A stretch of 34,130 nucleotides of DNA, from positions 43,212,396 through 43,246,525 of the forward strand of contig NC_069000.1 of assembly GCF_001194135.2 (NCBI RefSeq), read 5' to 3'. This document shows, piece by piece, positions 13,200 through 23,514 of the stretch. The stretch is from Octopus bimaculoides. Its lineage: Eukaryota. Position 1 is the stretch's first letter; each line of letters opens with the position of its first letter. The position numbers were made by a program, and so were the translations under genes. A model generated the notes under the pieces. The model had not been told where the DNA came from. It was given only the letters and a program-made list of their open reading frames with translations, and ran no database searches.

Positions 13200-13362
13200 G
13201 ACTTCCATACAGCTTCCACTATTTTAGTCTCATTCACGAGACTTTGGCCCAACAGGGACTCTGATAAACATACACTGCCTGGGGTAATACATAGAGGAAC
13301 CGAGCCCTGGCTCTAAGGATTCGGAGGCAAACTTTTTATACTCTTGCCCATGCCTGCGTCTA
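13200..13362 (-). mobile_element. SINE family B 5' half, degraded
   Basis: Colinear but diverged match to 12920-13076, ending gcccatgcctgcgtc. Confidence 0.55.
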
Positions 13363-14304
13363 TTCTTACATCATGGATGTTCTAATAGATGGGAGTCATG
13401 GCTGGGTTTCATACTGATGGCAGTCATCAGAGAAATAACGAATAGACAAAGCTTACAAAAGTATATTGGATAAATGACCTATCGCAATATCTTCATTTCT
13501 AGAGATACAATAGTATCCAACGTTGTCGTTGACGTTTTGGTCATTCGTGTACTCAACCAAGGGTAATCGAAGGCTGAAGTTCATAATGAGAAAGGTTTCA
13601 CAGCACATCGTGCTTCCAAAATCCTTTTAGATGTGGACCCAAAGATTTAACCTAAACCAAGAAATCGTGAATCAGGCAACTTCGAAAGAGATGTCAAATG
13701 AATGTCTGGAATGCATGTTCCACAATTCATAAGACAGTTCTGGAAACACTAGGCAAGGCATTGCATGGCATGCATGAAAATAGATCTCAAATTGGAAGAG
13801 TAGATTAATTGTCACGTGATTTCTAGTATCCCTCGTCACCAATCTCGAAAGGAACAGAACCCGATTAAAACCGATCCTGTCTTAAATTGTCAATGTTTTG
13901 GACCAAAGTTAAAATATTCAAACGGTCTAAAAACGTGAGAGTCAATACTTTTGGAAATTATCCATTTCATCATTTTTACCAAAAATTTGTTATGATTTAG
14001 AATGGGAAGATTTCCTTCCTGTAATAATAACGCCATGAAGCCAGCTCCTATACCTGCAGTGATGAAAGCCTCAGATATGAATTGATATAAAAGAGGTCTC
14101 TTCACTGGAAATATCATTCACTAAAACGAAGCTGGTTAAAGTGTAGGATGCAAAATATTTGGGTCTACAGAAGCAACTGGCAGTTGTTTCAGGTTCTTCT
14201 AGGAAATAGACAGAAGTAGAAATCAATAGAAAATGTTATCGATTGGGAAGGAAACAGTTCGCTATCCTGAATTATGTTAAAACTCGGCTTCACGGCTCTG
14301 CCAC

Positions 14305-14500
14305 TATTCTGTTATTCTTTTACTTGTTTCAGTCATTTGACTGCGGCCATGCTGGAGCACCGCCTTCAGTCGAGCAAATCGACCCCAGGACTTACTCTTT
14401 GTAAGCCTAGTACTTACTCTATCGGTCTCTTTTGCCGAACTGCTAAGTTACGGTGACGTAAACACACCAGCAGCGGTTGTCAAACGTTGTTGGGGGGGGG
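14305..14500 (-). mobile_element. SINE family B 3' half
   Basis: ttttacttgtttcagtcatttgactgcggccatgctggagcaccgcc...gaccccag is homologous to 12760-12840. Confidence 0.8.
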
Positions 14501-14558
14501 ACAGACGTAAACGCACAAAGATATGCGCGCGCACACACACAGATATATATATATATAA

Positions 14559-14590
14559 ACATTATTTACATTATTTACATTATTTACATT
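14559..14590. repeat. 9-bp tandem repeat (ACATTATTT)3.5, forming the 3' tail of the hammerhead-bearing element
   Basis: acattattt acattattt acattattt acatt read directly. Confidence 0.9.
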
Positions 14591-14624
14591 TTGACGGATA
14601 TTTGTCCTCATCGTGTTTGTTGCT

Positions 14625-14670
14625 AACACAACGTTTCGGCTGATATACCCTCCAGCCTTCATCAGGTGCT
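14625..14670 (-). ncRNA. Minimal type I hammerhead ribozyme (Penelope-like-element type)
   Basis: Minus strand AGCAC-CUGAUGA-A-GGCUG-GAGGGUAUAU-CAGCC-GAAA-CGUU-GUGUU. It has both core boxes, a 5-bp stem II closed by G-C, a palindromic ACGU in place of stem III, a GUU cleavage triplet, and a 5-bp stem I (AGCAC/GUGUU, one G-U). Confidence 0.85.
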
Positions 14671-15243
14671 TTTCCTAAGTAGGCAATTTGGCCTTGTGAA
14701 AGCCCATTTTTATTACAGGGCCTTGGTAGTTCATACTTGTCTGGCTTTTGTCCTTTGATATCTCCAGCATGGAAGGGCCGCATAAGAAGCTTGAATTCCA
14801 CGAACATAGATGTAATGGGGTCATTGCGACACACAAATAACCACATCGCAACGAGAATTGAGTTTTCTGGTGGATACCAGCACAAGGCCATAACTCATCG
14901 CCAGCAAACTGGAGTGTAGCAGTGTAGCAATGCGAAATAAAATGCCGTTATCAAGGAAATAACTCAGCAGTGAGTCCAGAGATTCAACTCCGCACATTTC
15001 ATTCACTAAATCAGGCGCCTTCAAAAGATGACAATATATTATCTGCAACGATTGTTACAACAGGGATTAAAATGTTTCACATTTACTTAATGTGTCTAGT
15101 TAATGCACTTGACGAAGATATATGCGATTTACACGCGCACCGCACACACACACACGCACATTCACGGATAAGCACATTTGTATGCATACATATATTTCGT
15201 ATATGTACATAGACATATTCATTTGAACACACACTGGCACACA

Positions 15244-15860
15244 TACAGGGTACGTCAGTTTTTCGAGGTCATTTGTTTTCATTTAGAAAAGACGCAGTTA
15301 TCATCAAAGAAAAGTTGTATTCGTAAACAAATTGATGCAAACAATTTTGAGAATCCTTTTATTGCACAAATGCAATAAATCCACGATTAGTATAAATCAC
15401 TGCTTGAATACAGAATCGGAAGTGTTGACATGTTCGAATCAAATGTTCTTTATCAAATTTGGATAAAGTGCTGGTTATTGTAGACTTGGGAGATTGTATG
15501 GTGTTTTTTTACTTCTCTCTCGACTTCACTAAATATAGAATACTTAAATGGATTGAGGGCTGGTCAAATGGGAGACCATGTGTCTGGGAGAAGAGGAGGG
15601 GGCACGTATCCACGCTTGGGTTGTCTTAGCCTTATGAATCTGAATCGGTTAAGAGTTTTATTGTAAGATGTTTGGTCTTTCGTTGCATACTCTGTCTATC
15701 CATTGCCTCACAACTTCTTCTAATACCTCTATGTAGACAATGGCATTGGCTCTTACAGTCTGTACAAAAAAGTGTGGGAGAATCTTCCTCAGAACTGACG
15801 ACTCCTAGAAACCTCACAGTTGCTGGGCTTTTAGTATGCATCACTATTGTTCCTAAGGAG
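15244..15860 (-). mobile_element. Tc1/mariner (maT/DD37D-like) transposase pseudogene with one terminal inverted repeat
   Basis: Across frameshifts the minus strand reads MHTKSPATVRFLGVVSSE / LPHFFVQTVRANAIVYIEVLEEVVRQWIDRVCNERPNILQ*NS / HKAKTTQAW / WSPI*PALNPFKYSIFSEVERE / FDKEHLIRTCQHFRFCIQAVI, ending at the stop at 15359-15361. The terminus TA+CAGGGTACGTCAG lies at 15244-15258. The catalytic Asp positions are mutated, so the subfamily call rests on flanking motifs. Confidence 0.85.
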
Positions 15861-16580
15861 GTGTTATTTTTTTTAATTTCAGGTATTTAATGGTATTGGA
15901 TAAGTCCTTCTCAAACTTATCCAGATAACTATTCGCCAGAGGAGTTTTCTTCGTTTTAAATAGCCTTGAAAGAGTTTCATTATTTGACTTATTTTCAGAG
16001 TTTTGTATTTCCTACTTTTTTGTCAAAATAAAAAGTCTGAGTATATAGATAAAGTCATTCATTTTGGAAATCAGAGAAAAGAGTGAAAGAAACGCCAAAT
16101 CTAACTATTAGTGGCACAGTGAAGATTTGTAAGACATTGCTAATATTCTGCATCTGAGATTTTTATGTGAATAGACGTACATACTCGTGTGTATAGATCG
16201 GCAGTTCTTCTTACACACCAACTCAACCCCATATTTACAAACACCAGGAATTCTCTTAACTCAAAAAATCTTGTGGCTTTGGAAGGAGCTGGCTTGAACT
16301 CTCTCAGGAGGAACTTAAATTTAACTCAAACAGAAACCATATTTACATACATATATGCACACGAACATAAAATACTGGCGATATCTAGCCAATATTCTAT
16401 TTTTAAAGTTTTTCTTCACATATAACACTTCTTTAAATAAATTCCGACCAAAACTCAGACAGTTTGATTTTTCCAGTACATAAAACATCCAACACCGTCA
16501 GGTCTGTTTACATAATATTTTCAGGGGGGAGAAAAAGGTTTCTGCCAAAAACAGTTATGTAATTAATCGTCGTAACACTT

Positions 16581-16600
16581 CATCATCATCGTCGTCGTCG

Positions 16601-16634
<34 letters not shown>

Positions 16635-16883
16635 TGTCACCGTCATCATCGTCATCATCATCATCATCATCATCACCATCATCATTATCATTATCAACAT
16701 CATCAGCTTCATCCTCCTACTCATCATCATCGTCGTCATCGTTATCGTCGTCATCATCATCATCATTATCATCATCATCACCGTTGTTGTCATCATCATC
16801 ATCATCATTCCATCTGTGGATAATCATAATTTTCTGGATTCAAACAGAAAATTATTATTATTATTATTATCATTATTATTATT
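16581..16883. repeat. Compound (CAT/CGT)n and (TTA)n microsatellite
   Basis: Explains the poly-Met and poly-Ser ORFs at 16563-16885. Confidence 0.95.
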
Positions 16884-17205
16884 GAGTGAGAGAGCAGTGC
16901 ATGCCACCATCAAAAGTGACACTGGGGTACAAAGCCCAATATACCAATCATAACCACCCATCTGATAAGGGTACCCCAGGCACATGCATCACAACCATAT
17001 GTGCACAACATGATCATCTCATATCCAGATAAACAGTGCATGACCTCGCAGGTGGGGCCCAGATACAATTTTCTCCAGGTCGAGTAGCCCATCCCACTCA
17101 AGAGGTCGCTGAGTAAGGGTTGTCTAAGAATGTTGAACGAAACACTCATGTTTCCAAAGGTGAACTATCCAAACGCCAAAGAATTCCTCTCGACACATGG
17201 CAACG
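16884..17205 (-). mobile_element. Interspersed repeat ending in (AAT)n on the minus strand; probably the 3' part of a non-autonomous retroelement
   Basis: GC-richer 320-bp block wedged between (TTA)n and (GTA)n tracts, with minus-strand end ...gcactgctctctcactc-aataataat. I recall this sequence as an abundant octopus repeat; unverified, and there is no second copy in the window. Confidence 0.5.
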
Positions 17206-17206
17206 T

Positions 17207-17207
<1 letters not shown>

Positions 17208-17262
<55 letters not shown>
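17208..17262. repeat. (GTA)n microsatellite
   Basis: Perfect repeat. Confidence 0.97.
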
Positions 17263-17274
<12 letters not shown>

Positions 17275-17359
17275 GAAGGCGGTAGTAGTTCTGGTTAGAG
17301 CTGTATTAGTGAATTACCGTTGCTGTAGTTGTCGATGTGCTTACACTGGTGAATATATG

Positions 17360-17419
17360 GTCTCACAACCTCATGACTGTGAGATCGACGCTCTAACCAC
17401 AGGCCCATGCGTCTTCACA
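17360..17419 (-). mobile_element. tRNA-like SINE head fragment (family C related)
   Basis: Minus strand gtgaagacgcatgggcctgtggttagagcg resembles the family C head gtggaggcgcaatggcccagtggttagg. Confidence 0.55.
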
Positions 17420-17561
17420 CACACACACACACACACACATTCACACATACACATACAAACCAATGTGTGAATATATGTATATATATTCACACATACACGC
17501 GCGAAAAACAAACACATATGTATATATGTATTATGTATGTATGTATTATGTATGTATGTAT

Positions 17562-17592
<31 letters not shown>

Positions 17593-18792
17593 GTTGCAAC
17601 CATTATGTATTTATTCTCAGGCTAAATATTTGACGAGATGTAAAATCATTTCGAGTAGACCGTAAATCAGTGGGCAGGACTTTTCATCAGGATTAAAGAG
17701 AAGAAAAAAATACAAGCATAAATTGTATTTTCCATGTAAAAATAATCAGAATTAGAGTTACGCAATTATGCCCATATTTTAATTCTTCTTGAACAATCAA
17801 ACTACTGAAAAAAATCGAATGCCAATTGCATCACTCGAACACGCCTGGACGCCGCCCATATTTGAAACCGTATCTCCTTTTATCTTGTTAATCAGCGAAG
17901 TTGAATTTTCGCAAACCTTTTAAGTTTGTTTGAAAATTCGCGAAAAGAAACTCCATTTGATTAAATCCGCAAAAATAAGCTTAAAAAATTAGTGTAAATG
18001 AGTGTTTAAAATGACGAATGGTACAGTTGCTCCTGTTATCTCATTTCCGCTTTACTGTAAGATTTAAAGAAATGCTTGCTCACTTGGGGGAAGCACTCCA
18101 CTTTAATCTAGTCAACCGAACTGTTCATATTTATTCATGAAGGTTCTATGTTTATTCATATTTTGAATTTAATAATCAATATTCTATGCGTGATTATCTT
18201 GCAGTTTTATAATTCTTTTAATTATACTGACAACAGGAGTTGTCAATAATTTTGGCTGAGTGTACGGTGGTCTTGCAGAAACGGTGTCGGTGTACTAATT
18301 AAGAAATAAAAATATATTACAATATTTGCTTACGTCTGTTTAATTCGTGAGTTCAAATTCTATTAAGATGGCATTGGTTTTTCAAACATTCTTGTTTGAT
18401 TACATAAGCACCACTGTTGAAGAAGCTGCATTAATTTAATCACCTGCACAACTATTCTGTTTTCAATTCTGTTAAGAATTATTAACGGATATCATGTTCT
18501 GAAACCAATATTGTTATATTCACATTAAAGATGATTCCTTCTATCAAAGCCTATAAGCACCCTTACCGTTTATTGCTTGTCTACATCTTCGCTGCTCTTT
18601 TCCCAAAATACTTTTCACAACACTAGTGCTGTGGCCTTTTCAATGACTACAACGTTTCAAATTCTATAAATTTTCCGACACATTTTCCCGTGCTATGACA
18701 TTAGGTAGCCAATAAATCTGGACGAGCTTTGTATAGCATGCTACAGGAATTTTACCCAACATTTTTCACATACACATACATACACACACATA

Positions 18793-18849
<57 letters not shown>

Positions 18850-19495
18850 GTATAAATTGTAACATCGTAACCTTCTGGAAGACCGAGATTCTGGAAATTA
18901 TATTTTTCGATTCTGCTTTGACATAAGGCTTTTATTTACATTTTTCGTGTTTTATTCAGATCTGGACTATCTCCAGTTCTAAACAAAATCGCAATTGCGT
19001 GATTTTGGTGAAAGCGTTTTGAATAATTTGGCAAAATGGTCAGGTTGCTTTGTCATGTTGGTGTACTGCCAGTCTTGAATCACGAAAAATTCTACACAAA
19101 GAGGACGAAGTTTTGTATGAGCAAATAACATGCGTGTGATACAATACTTCGGCAGAAATATTGGCTGAGACCCAAACACCGACGTATTGCCGAGGAACTA
19201 AACTCGAATCACTATGTTCAAACGGAAAGCAAGTGTAAATAAAAAAATAAAAAAAAGAAAACGTTGTCAGGGGTTGCTACGTCAGCAAGTACTTAGTCAT
19301 GCAAGTGGCGGACACATTGAAAATTTGTTTCTGTCGGCGCCTGGACTGATCGGAGAAAAAATAGACCCAAGCACAGATTAATAATTAGATTACAAACCCA
19401 GTTGTTATAAACGACATATATAGGAATGTCGTTAATGATTTTGTCTTTAGCGGCTTTTCTTTGACAGATCATTAGATGTATATAGACATCGTTTG

Positions 19496-19682
19496 TACGA
19501 GGGCGTGCTGGAAAGTTCCTGGCTGTAAGTGTACTGCTAAAGCCCTAGTTTAGAAAAACTGAAGGACTGCTGAAATAAGCGTGTGAATCTGAGAGGGGAA
19601 TATGTTGACTAAAATCATCATTAACTGATCCTCCTCTATTTTTCTTTTACCGAAAGCCAGGAACTTTTCGATCCCCACCGTA
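19496..19682 (+). mobile_element. Mariner-derived MITE with both TIRs and TA target-site duplication
   Basis: TA|CGAGGGCGTGCTGGAAAGTTCCTGGCT (19498-19524) ... AGCCAGGAACTTTTCGATCCCCACCG|TA (19655-19680). Internal 19577-19612 encodes KRVNLRGEYVD*, a mariner transposase terminal motif. Confidence 0.9.
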
Positions 19683-19859
19683 CTTACGCCATTGGATTTC
19701 GTTTACACCTTATGTATGTGCGTACCTGTCAATACAGAAGCGCGTTTATCAAGTTCTAAATTTTAAAAGAGCAACGTGTGATTTCGGAGGAGATTTAACT
19801 GCCACTTCTAACAAGTCAAGCATCTACAAGGAATTGCAGATTCCTAACGAACAAAAATA

Positions 19860-20135
19860 AAGATGACTACGACAAACTGCTGAGAAATATTGTGTTGAAA
19901 ATCCGCCGTTGTTGGAAAATTTGCAAGGATATTGGTTAAAAAGGCTGACCACCTGTCAGGCGAGAATAATAAGATAATGAGATGAGATTCTATAAAACGG
20001 AGAAGCAGTGTTGGAATGGGTAATGCAGTGTAGAATTCTTCTGTGACACGGAGAAAACAAACAAAAGCAACACGGGTGAGAATTCTTCAATGCTAAAACA
20101 TGTCTCTAGATAAACGTGAAAGCAACTAACAAATG
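19860..20135 (+). mobile_element. R4/Dong-clade non-LTR retrotransposon RT fragment, heavily degraded
   Basis: From 19921: LQGYWLKRLTTCQARIIR**DEIL*NGEAVLEWVMQCRILL*, then shifted KSNTGEN and TCL. This follows the order GYW-x-K-x-L-T...PEW...GRTVL...N-x-RPI-x-CL upstream of RT domain 1 in R4-clade elements. Confidence 0.65.
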
Positions 20136-20213
20136 TTAGAGCTAGAGGTGTAGGTGTTACTGTTTGTGCACATGTGAGTGCATATGTTTCTCTGTATTTG
20201 TGTGTGTGTATAA

Positions 20214-20256
<43 letters not shown>

Positions 20257-20492
20257 ATAAGATCGTTATTTAAAATACCGATCTTATCAGGTATAAGATC
20301 ATATCTTATATATATATATATATCATATTATATATATAATATCTACATGCATATGCATATACACACGTGCATGTGTATGTTTATAAAGACATGAACAGAA
20401 ATATGAATATATAGATAGATAGTTAGATAGGTATGTATGTATGTTTGTATGTATGGATGTATGTACGTCAGTATGTATGGATGTATGTGCAT

Positions 20493-20543
20493 ATATAGAA
20501 TGTATGCACATATAGAATGTATGCACATATAGAATGTATGCAC
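20493..20543. repeat. 17-bp minisatellite (ATATAGAATGTATGCAC)3
   Basis: Three perfect units read directly. Confidence 0.95.
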
Positions 20544-20759
20544 ATACATATGTGTACATAGACAATTTATGCATACACACATATATACATACGTAGAGAT
20601 AAATGGATAGAGATAGAGACAGCGATGCAGAAATAGCTATGCAACTATACATGTTTTTTTCTGCACATGCGCAAATATATATGCATATACATACATATAT
20701 CTCTATACGTATATATACATGCATGTACCTGTCTACATATATGTATACATGTACGTGTC

Positions 20760-20800
<41 letters not shown>

Positions 20801-21616
20801 NNNNNNNNNNNNNNNNNNNNNNNNNNNNNNNNNNNNNNNNNNNNNNNNNNNNNNNNNNNNNNNNNNNNNNNNNNNNNNNNNNNNNNNNNNNNNNNNNNNN
20901 NNNNNNNNNNNNNNNNNNNNNNNNNNNNNNNNNNNNNNNNNNNNNNNNNNNNNNNNNNNNNNNNNNNNNNNNNNNNNNNNNNNNNNNNNNNNNNNNNNNN
21001 NNNNNNNNNNNNNNNNNNNNNTGTACATGTACTTATATATACATATATATATATACATACATACATACATACATACATACATACATACATACATACATAC
21101 ATACATGGTGAAGAAACGTGGTAGTAGAGTGAGGGAGAAGGGGAGACAGAGAGACAACATAATACGGCAAGAACAGAAGAATACTGATTGATCCAATGAA
21201 GTTCGAATTTGCACTACTAGGAACCAATTATCGATATCTAATTAATACATTAATATTCCAGAACTGCAGGATGCGATGTTACACATCTCACAATGGAACA
21301 GTTTAATCATAGAAAGACCCAAGTCATGACTTTCCATTCTTAGATAATAGAAATCTAACAGGGGGGTAAAAATGGTAGATAGTATTAAGAAACTTGATTG
21401 CGCAACGTAGAAGAGAAAATAACAAAGGAAAGCGCTTATATGCAATGGTTATGGGGAGCAGAGTGGTTGGGGTAATAAGATTAATGAGAAACTCTTTTCG
21501 AGGTGACAACGTGTCCCATTTGTTTTATATGCTGTGTTCTGCCTGACGTCTTTGACACTGCTGTGCTGCTCAAAAGTGACACAAAGATAAGTGCATATCT
21601 ATCTATTTATATATTA

Positions 21617-21980
21617 TTGTTGGCACTCCGTCGCTTACGACGTCGAGGGTTCCAGTTGATCCGATCAACGGAACAGCCTGCTCGTGAAATTAACGGGCAA
21701 GTGGATGAGCACTCCACAGACACGTGTACCCTTAACGTAGTTCTCGGGGATATTCAGCGTGACACAGTGTGACAAGGCTGACCCTTTGAATTACAGGCAC
21801 AACAGAAACAGGAAGTAAGAATGAGAGAAAGTTGTGGTGGAAGAGTACAGCAGGGTTCGCCACCATCCCCTGCCGGAGCCTTGTGGAGCTTTAGGTGTTT
21901 TCGCTCAATAAACACTCACAAAACCGAGATCCTATGACCACGAGTCCGCTGCCCTAACCACTGGGCCATTGCGCCTCTAC

Positions 21981-21981
<1 letters not shown>
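21617..21981 (-). mobile_element. tRNA-derived SINE family C (possibly the octopus OR type), near full length, B box deleted
   Basis: Minus strand head tgtagaggcgcaatggcccagtggttagggcagcggactcg (A box TGGCCCAGTGG) and tail gtcgtaagcgacggagtgccaacaa. Flanked by the direct repeat ATTTATATAT (21605-21614 / 21981-21990; low complexity). The family name is from memory. Confidence 0.9.
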
Positions 21982-22026
<45 letters not shown>

Positions 22027-22099
22027 ATAAAGAAGTTCTAAGCTTTGCATAAAAATATAAATGGTAGGGACAATGCTTTCGTCTAAAATCCTTGAAGGT

Positions 22100-22262
22100 G
22101 AGATTAAGTCAATTACCTCAGCTGGTACTTATTTTATCGATCACGTAAGGGGCGAAAGGCTAAGTCGACCTCAGCGGGTTTCGAACTCAGAACATAAAGA
22201 CGGATGAAATGCCGCTAAGCATCTTACCCGGCGTATAAACGGTTCTACCATTTAGCTGCCTT
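22100..22262 (-). mobile_element. SINE family A
   Basis: Minus strand aaggcagctaaatggtagaaccg...gagttcgaaacccgctgaggtcgacttagcctttcg with A and B boxes. Confidence 0.85.
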
Positions 22263-22666
22263 GATACCGAGTAACATTATTGAAAGGAATAAATCAAACT
22301 GTCAAAATGGCCACTTGAATCTAAACTAAATTGAAGACGCATGCTAAGTGACTGATGTAACTTTGAACAAGATGAATATAAGAAAAGGCACGGGACTGAT
22401 AGATGGATTGCCCACAAGGTAATGAATTGAGACGAATGGATAAATGGTATCTATAAGAATCACCAATATCTAACTGTATCTAAGTGTATAGATCTTAGAA
22501 TTCTTCAGGATTTCGTTATCCATTGAGAGCCATAAAAACAGAGAACACGGATGTTTGATTTCGGTGAAATGAATTAAAATGAAAAAAAAAAAGAAAAAGA
22601 AAGGGAAACAATTACTATTCCGAAACCTAACAGCCATGTCTGTGTAATCGTGTAGCAGGAATCAAT

Positions 22667-22668
22667 GC

Positions 22669-22730
<62 letters not shown>
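22667..22730. repeat. (GTA)n microsatellite
   Basis: Perfect repeat; explains the poly-Tyr ORF. Confidence 0.97.
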
Positions 22731-22731
<1 letters not shown>

Positions 22732-23320
22732 TCATCTTCATGAAAATAATAGGAATAATAATAATAACAATAATAACAATGAGGAGATTATGAGCGAACT
22801 CCGGGGCCACAACGCCGTATGGCATGAAACGTTTTGAAGAATGAGAAAATATTCATTAAATCCACGGAAATTTCCGAAGTTATATCTTCAAATTGATAGA
22901 ATTCCTGTTATTGTCAAAGACTGAATAGAGAGGTTGCAAAGTAAAAGATATGAAGCACTAAGACAGGAATCAGATTTTAAGAAGTCCTCAACTGAATGGT
23001 TAGGAATACTAGGTTTCTAATCAAAGCAGACGTAACACCAATACTGTATGTCCTCTAGGCAAAGTCTCTCAAAGAACACGGTAGACAAATGCCAAACTAA
23101 ATTATCGAGACAGGTGATATATAAACGGTAGCAGGAGATTTATTAAAGGAATGTCTAATCAAAAGCCGGATGAAAACACATTAGAACAGAAAGGGCTAAA
23201 ATCTGTTTTATAGGACAAGAGCAACAGCAGCTGTTTCCGAAGAATTTTTTCGATCTACGGATCTGAAGGTTACGTCCTCCGAGGAATATGTCACTTCATC
23301 AGTTTTATACAAGATTTATT

Positions 23321-23391
23321 GTGGAGGCGCAATGGCCCAGTGGTTAGGACAGCAAACTCGCGGTCATAGCGACGGAGTGCCAACAAACAAC
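23321..23391 (+). mobile_element. Mini-SINE: family C head fused directly to family C tail, with a 12-bp TSD
   Basis: gtggaggcgcaatggcccagtggttaggacagcaaactcgcggtcatag|cgacggagtgccaacaaacaac, flanked by ACAAGATTTATT (23309-23320) and ACAAAATTTATT (23392-23403). Confidence 0.85.
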
Positions 23392-23514
23392 ACAAAATTT
23401 ATTATATATTGGAGGAGTATTGCATAAAATAACTTGTCCTATTTCTTGCGCCACCCCGCTCCCTAATGTCGAAAATTGTCGAAGTCAGCCATGTTATGAA
23501 TAATTTAGGGGCAA

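Noticed and set aside
13395-13435. Minus-strand CUGAUGA-CUG-CCAU-CAG-UAU-GAAA
   Set aside because: The stem is out of register with the core, and there is no stem III or cleavage site.
16430-16560. Minus-strand TDLTVLDVL resembling a transposase SPDLxPLD motif
   Set aside because: Too short, and the flanking frames give no further transposase motifs.
17640-17695. Minus-strand CUGAUGA...CGAAA
   Set aside because: No G10.1-C11.1 pair and no GUH site after GAAA.
18960-19238. Strong acceptor followed by a 93-codon frame whose only internal stops are two TGA codons (possible selenoprotein exon)
   Set aside because: No recognisable homology, no SECIS-like element seen, and two TGA stops in 93 codons is compatible with chance.
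14559-20543. CRISPR-like arrays (9-, 15- and 17-bp tandem units at 14559, ~17525 and 20493)
   Set aside because: Spacer-less tandem repeats in eukaryotic DNA; no cas genes.
23230-23302. Minus-strand CUGAUGAAG...CGAAA
   Set aside because: Stem II does not pair and there is no cleavage triplet.
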